Source: a candidate division WWE3 bacterium UBA1379 (GTDB taxonomy: Bacteria; Patescibacteriota; WWE3; UBA101185; UBA10185). From it: a stretch of DNA of 64,000 nt. The notes under the pieces are model-generated. The model was not told where the DNA came from, searched no databases, and saw only the letters and a list, made by a program, of their open reading frames with translations. Position 1 is the first letter of the stretch. Each line of letters starts with the position of its first letter. Positions 61,146 to 64,000 of the stretch are shown here, in pieces. Made by a program: the position numbers and the translations under genes. The DNA is taken from the NCBI GenBank assembly GCA_002305475.1, contig DBRB01000019.1, positions 56,022 through 120,021 of the forward strand, given 5' to 3'.

Positions 61146-61406
61146 TACTAGTAATTATAGTCTTTTATATCTGATTTTATTCATTTTCTTACGATTGTGG
61201 TATTTAGGAGATGTACTGATTGTGACTTTGGATAGTCTAATATTTTGCATATACGATAATTTGTAATGGTGGTATAGTATCCCCCCCTATATATAAGGAA
61301 TAAGAGGGGAAAGTAAAAATGAGAAATGCCTTAATATCGGTCTAAATCGAAATGTTTCATTACCTACCGGTAGGCTAATTTTACGTTACGTTAGGGGATA
61401 GGTACC

Positions 61407-61414
61407 TTTAATTT
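61407..61414. repeat. Target-site duplication copy 2, shared by both elements
   Basis: TTTAATTT lies exactly between IRR1 and IRL2. Confidence 0.9.
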
Positions 61415-61426
61415 GGCAATTATCCC

Positions 61427-61455
61427 TTGACATCACGTAACTAATCTGTTATTGT
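61427..61455 (+). promoter_or_regulatory. Transposase promoter with -35 inside IRL
   Basis: TTGACA-N17-TATTGT (TGn extended), ATG 6 nt later; equivalent ATGACG-N17-TATAGT in element 1. Confidence 0.7.
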
Positions 61456-61461
61456 ATATAC

Positions 61462-62355
61462 ATGCAAGACAGATTTACCTACAAAGAATTCCTGAAAAAA
61501 TATAAAAATGATGATATCTGTCTTGAAGAAATAAAAAATCTTCGTTTTCCCGAGGGTATTAACTGTTCTTCCTGCAAAAAGATCACTAATCACTACCGGA
61601 TTAAAAGTAAAAAGGTCTACTCTTGTGAATTTTGTGGTACTCAGGTGAGTCCTCTGGCTGGGACGATTTTCCATAAATCTTCAACCTCTTTACAAGACTG
61701 GTTTATGGCGATCTACCTCATGACCCAAACAAGAAGTGGTACATCATCAGCTAAGCAGCTACAACGCATGCTCGGTGTTACCTATAAGACAGCATGGAGA
61801 ATGTACAAGCAAATTCGCACCATCATGGCTGAGAATTCAGTTACTCCACTAGATGGAGAGGTTGAAATAGATGAAACTTATATTGGTGGAAAAGGGATGA
61901 ACAGGAGGTTTAAGCCACATTTCAACGAAATTCCAAAAGAAGCAATAATGGGGATGCTGCAACGAGGTGGTAAAACGTATCTCAAACACATCAAAGGAAC
62001 TGGAAAATGGTATTTGATTGAGCAAATCAAAACCCACGTTGATCCAATTGCAAGACTAATCACTGATGAACTGGCGGCATATAGAAATCTACCTCAACAT
62101 GGCTATATGCTTCATGATGTAGTAAATCACTCAGAAACTTATGTTGTAGGTGATATTCACACCAACAATATTGAGAATGTCTGGTCGATTATCAAAAGAG
62201 GCATTTATGGAGTTTATCGGAATGTTTCCAAGAAATATCTACAAGCCTATATCGATGAATACGTATTTAGGTTCAACTGCCGCAATCAAGATGAAAATAT
62301 GTTTTACACACTACTGAGACAAGTAGTTAACGTGAGGATGGTTTCGGTTTCTTAG
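61462..62355 (+). CDS. IS1595-family DDE transposase
   Basis: Same motifs as copy 1; 18 substitutions and 1 insertion by hand count (~94% aa identity). Confidence 0.96.
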   Translation: MQDRFTYKEFLKKYKNDDICLEEIKNLRFPEGINCSSCKKITNHYRIKSKKVYSCEFCGTQVSPLAGTIFHKSSTSLQDWFMAIYLMTQTRSGTSSAKQLQRMLGVTYKTAWRMYKQIRTIMAENSVTPLDGEVEIDETYIGGKGMNRRFKPHFNEIPKEAIMGMLQRGGKTYLKHIKGTGKWYLIEQIKTHVDPIARLITDELAAYRNLPQHGYMLHDVVNHSETYVVGDIHTNNIENVWSIIKRGIYGVYRNVSKKYLQAYIDEYVFRFNCRNQDENMFYTLLRQVVNVRMVSVS

Positions 62356-62476
62356 TGATCACAGCTTTTTTCAAAACCTCTCCAAACGATTTTTCTTCTT
62401 CTATTAGTTTATCTTCTGTTTTTAATCTTTCCATTTCTTGAGCAAAGGATTTCCTTTTTTGATTTTGAGTTTTCAT
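62327..62476 (-). CDS. Conserved 49-aa ORF of element 2 (not in the ORF track)
   Basis: MKTQNQKRKSFAQEMERLKTEDKLIEEEKSFGEVLKKAVITKKPKPSSR; 29/49 identical to the element 1 copy. Confidence 0.7.
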   Translation of the reverse strand: MKTQNQKRKSFAQEMERLKTEDKLIEEEKSFGEVLKKAVITKKPKPSSR

Positions 62477-62480
62477 AATA

Positions 62481-63647
62481 TTATTTTCCGATAGCAATTA
62501 ATTCATATTCTTTTTCCAAGTCGTCAATTTGTATATCCAACCTTGCGGGAACCTGTTTAAGAAAAGTTGAAACACGCGTATTTGAGTTCATCGTCATGAA
62601 ATCGGATTGGCCACTTAAATCGGCCGCAGTTGCTAATGATGTACCCATTATTTTTGGCCAAGCATCATCACCAACATTCGATAATCGACGTCTTAATGCA
62701 TCCCAATATCTTGCCCCTGAGTAGTATGTTGTGTCTCTATGAGTTGCAACATCGTATGGAAGTGGATTATCCAAGAGATCTCTAAAGGAGGGGGATTTTC
62801 TTAGTTGCCTACCATCCTCGCCTAGAGCACCTGCAATACCTTCATATATTGGGTTATCGGATCCTAATTTCAGAAGTTCAATCAACGTTGTATCAGTAAT
62901 ACCATGGCTGCCTTCATGTTGTGCGGTAAGCAATAATTTATCAGTCATGCTTTGAGTTTCGCCTGCTCGAACTGCTCTAGCTGCATAAGAAAAATAATCA
63001 TGACCTCTTGGTTTATCGTGACGATGTAGTCGTGATCCCAAAATTACTCCTCGCTCATTAATTTTTGCCCATGCAGGAATTCTATCTAAAAGTGCTCCGA
63101 TAAAATTGAAGTCTTCCCAAACTTTCGGACTATCAAAGTGTGAAGGCAGTGCAACTACAAGAAACCCATCATTTTCATTGATTAAATCTGAATGTCTTTG
63201 GACAACATCCCCAACTATTTTTGCCTGAGTTTCAGATAAATATTTCTTTGCGTCTCGAAAATAGGAATTGTGTTTTCTTCTGTATGCTTGCATCCTTCCG
63301 ATGTACTTATCCATTGCGGCTAAGCAGGTATCTGCATTCCATGTAATCCCATTATCGACACCTTCAAATGTTGCAAACTCATCTTGCATTCTTAAGAAAT
63401 CTTTATGGGGAACGAAAACTCCACCTGATACGGTCTGAGGTTGCCACTCTGTACCACGAAGCTTACCCGCTCTAAACAAAGCCCCAATATGACCATGTAT
63501 TACGGAAAACAATGGGTTATCTGAGGCATCACCATGATGTAAGTCACGTAAAGCAACTTTTACTTCTAAATAATATGGCTCGAATTTAGGAGTTCTATCT
63601 AAAATACTTGATAATTTTTGTTGTTCCAAACTATCTAACATAATCAT
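62481..63647 (-). CDS. Hypothetical protein with gluzincin-like HExxH...EG.A motif
   Basis: AQHEGSHG followed by IYEGIA and a later YYSG. Confidence 0.6.
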   Translation of the reverse strand: MIMLDSLEQQKLSSILDRTPKFEPYYLEVKVALRDLHHGDASDNPLFSVIHGHIGALFRAGKLRGTEWQPQTVSGGVFVPHKDFLRMQDEFATFEGVDNGITWNADTCLAAMDKYIGRMQAYRRKHNSYFRDAKKYLSETQAKIVGDVVQRHSDLINENDGFLVVALPSHFDSPKVWEDFNFIGALLDRIPAWAKINERGVILGSRLHRHDKPRGHDYFSYAARAVRAGETQSMTDKLLLTAQHEGSHGITDTTLIELLKLGSDNPIYEGIAGALGEDGRQLRKSPSFRDLLDNPLPYDVATHRDTTYYSGARYWDALRRRLSNVGDDAWPKIMGTSLATAADLSGQSDFMTMNSNTRVSTFLKQVPARLDIQIDDLEKEYELIAIGK

Positions 63648-63863
63648 CTGAATTATATCAGTTTAAGGATTCGTAAGTAGGATGAAGACTAATTTATATA
63701 AGCGAATACTGAATACTTTATTGAATCTCTTTTCACCTCTCCCTTATTTATAAGGAATAAGAGGGGAAAATGAAAATAACAATTGCCGTTATATCGGTCT
63801 AATTCGAAAATTCTTATTACCTACCGGTAGGCTAATTTTACGTTACGTCAAGGGATAGGTGCC

Positions 63864-63871
63864 TTTAATTT
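63864..63871. repeat. Target-site duplication copy 3
   Basis: TTTAATTT directly after IRR2. Confidence 0.9.
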
Positions 63872-63920
63872 CGAATTGAAAAAGTAAGAAATTTGCATAA
63901 AATAGTGAAAACAAAACCGA

Positions 63921-64000
63921 TTAACGAACTTCTATCCACTGCCCTTCGGCAATTCCTTCAAAGATAGGTTTGAGTAATACTCCGCATTCATTATCCTTAC
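63921..64000 (-). CDS. infB: Probable 3' end of translation initiation factor IF-2 (partial)
   Basis: KDNECGVLLKPIFEGIAEGQWIEVR* resembles the IF-2 C-terminal ECG...G..IE; fits infB-DHH-rpsO-pnp synteny. Confidence 0.7.
   Translation of the reverse strand, partial: KDNECGVLLKPIFEGIAEGQWIEVR

Larger units (their letters stand above)
50793..61406 (+). mobile_element. IS1595-family element 1 carrying passenger genes (10,614 bp)
   Basis: IRL ggcgcttatcccatgacgtcacgtag (50793-50818), IRR ttacgttacgttaggggataggtacc (61381-61406), 8-bp TSD on both sides. Confidence 0.9.
61415..63863 (+). mobile_element. IS1595-family element 2 carrying a passenger gene (2,449 bp)
   Basis: IRL ggcaattatcccttgacatcacgtaa (61415-61440), IRR ttacgttacgtcaagggataggtgcc (63838-63863), 8-bp TSD. 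Confidence 0.92.

Noticed and set aside
61154-61249. 31-codon minus-strand ORF upstream of the Com-PAS gene
   Set aside because: Too short, no counterpart in element 2, and its end overlaps the likely -10 box of the Com-PAS gene.
50793-62355. Classical composite transposon with two IS copies flanking the giant gene
   Set aside because: No IRR follows either transposase. The IRRs lie after the cargo and a TSD separates the two units, so they are two independent elements.
1-64000. CRISPR array, tRNA or rRNA genes, reverse transcriptase/DGR, integron integrase
   Set aside because: No regularly spaced direct repeats, no tRNA cloverleaf with T-loop, no rRNA motifs, and no YxDD RT or tyrosine recombinase motifs seen by eye.

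Overview
Chromosomal window of a reduced-genome bacterium with the hallmarks of Patescibacteria/CPR (lineage is inferred, possibly WWE3-like; genetic code 11). Positions 1-50.7 kb are mostly housekeeping genes: rpoB-rpoC-rpsL-rpsG-[small ORF]-fusA-[insert]-tuf-rpsJ-rplC/D/W/B-rpsS-rplV-rpsC on the minus strand; lepB, secA, uppP and serS; a detached infA-rpmJ-rpsM-rpsK-rpsD-rpoA-rplQ-rplM-rpsI cluster on the plus strand; then radC, a membrane-anchored Clp ATPase, prfB, ftsK, rnj, udg, a Lon-like ATPase without its protease domain, pnp and rpsO. The most interesting signals: (1) a phage Mu Com-type zinc finger fused to a NifL-like PAS domain lies directly upstream of a 2916-aa surface protein whose start codon is locked in a hairpin that competes with a hairpin carrying a Com-like GARNNYC repeat. 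This is a candidate signal-sensing translational switch. (2) That module is cargo in the first of two tandem IS1595-family elements. Each has its own 26-bp IRs, and three copies of the same 8-bp target (TTTAATTT) flank and separate them. Each also carries an unannotated conserved 49-aa ORF that the cargo gene abuts. (3) A ~520-nt, densely structured, pseudoknot-capable non-coding RNA with a perfect TTGACA-N17-TATAAT promoter is inserted between fusA and tuf. There is also a second ~280-nt multibranch element between secA and uppP, a window-wide leaderless-mRNA signature, and an internally deleted L3. All structures were paired by eye; no searches or folding programs were run.
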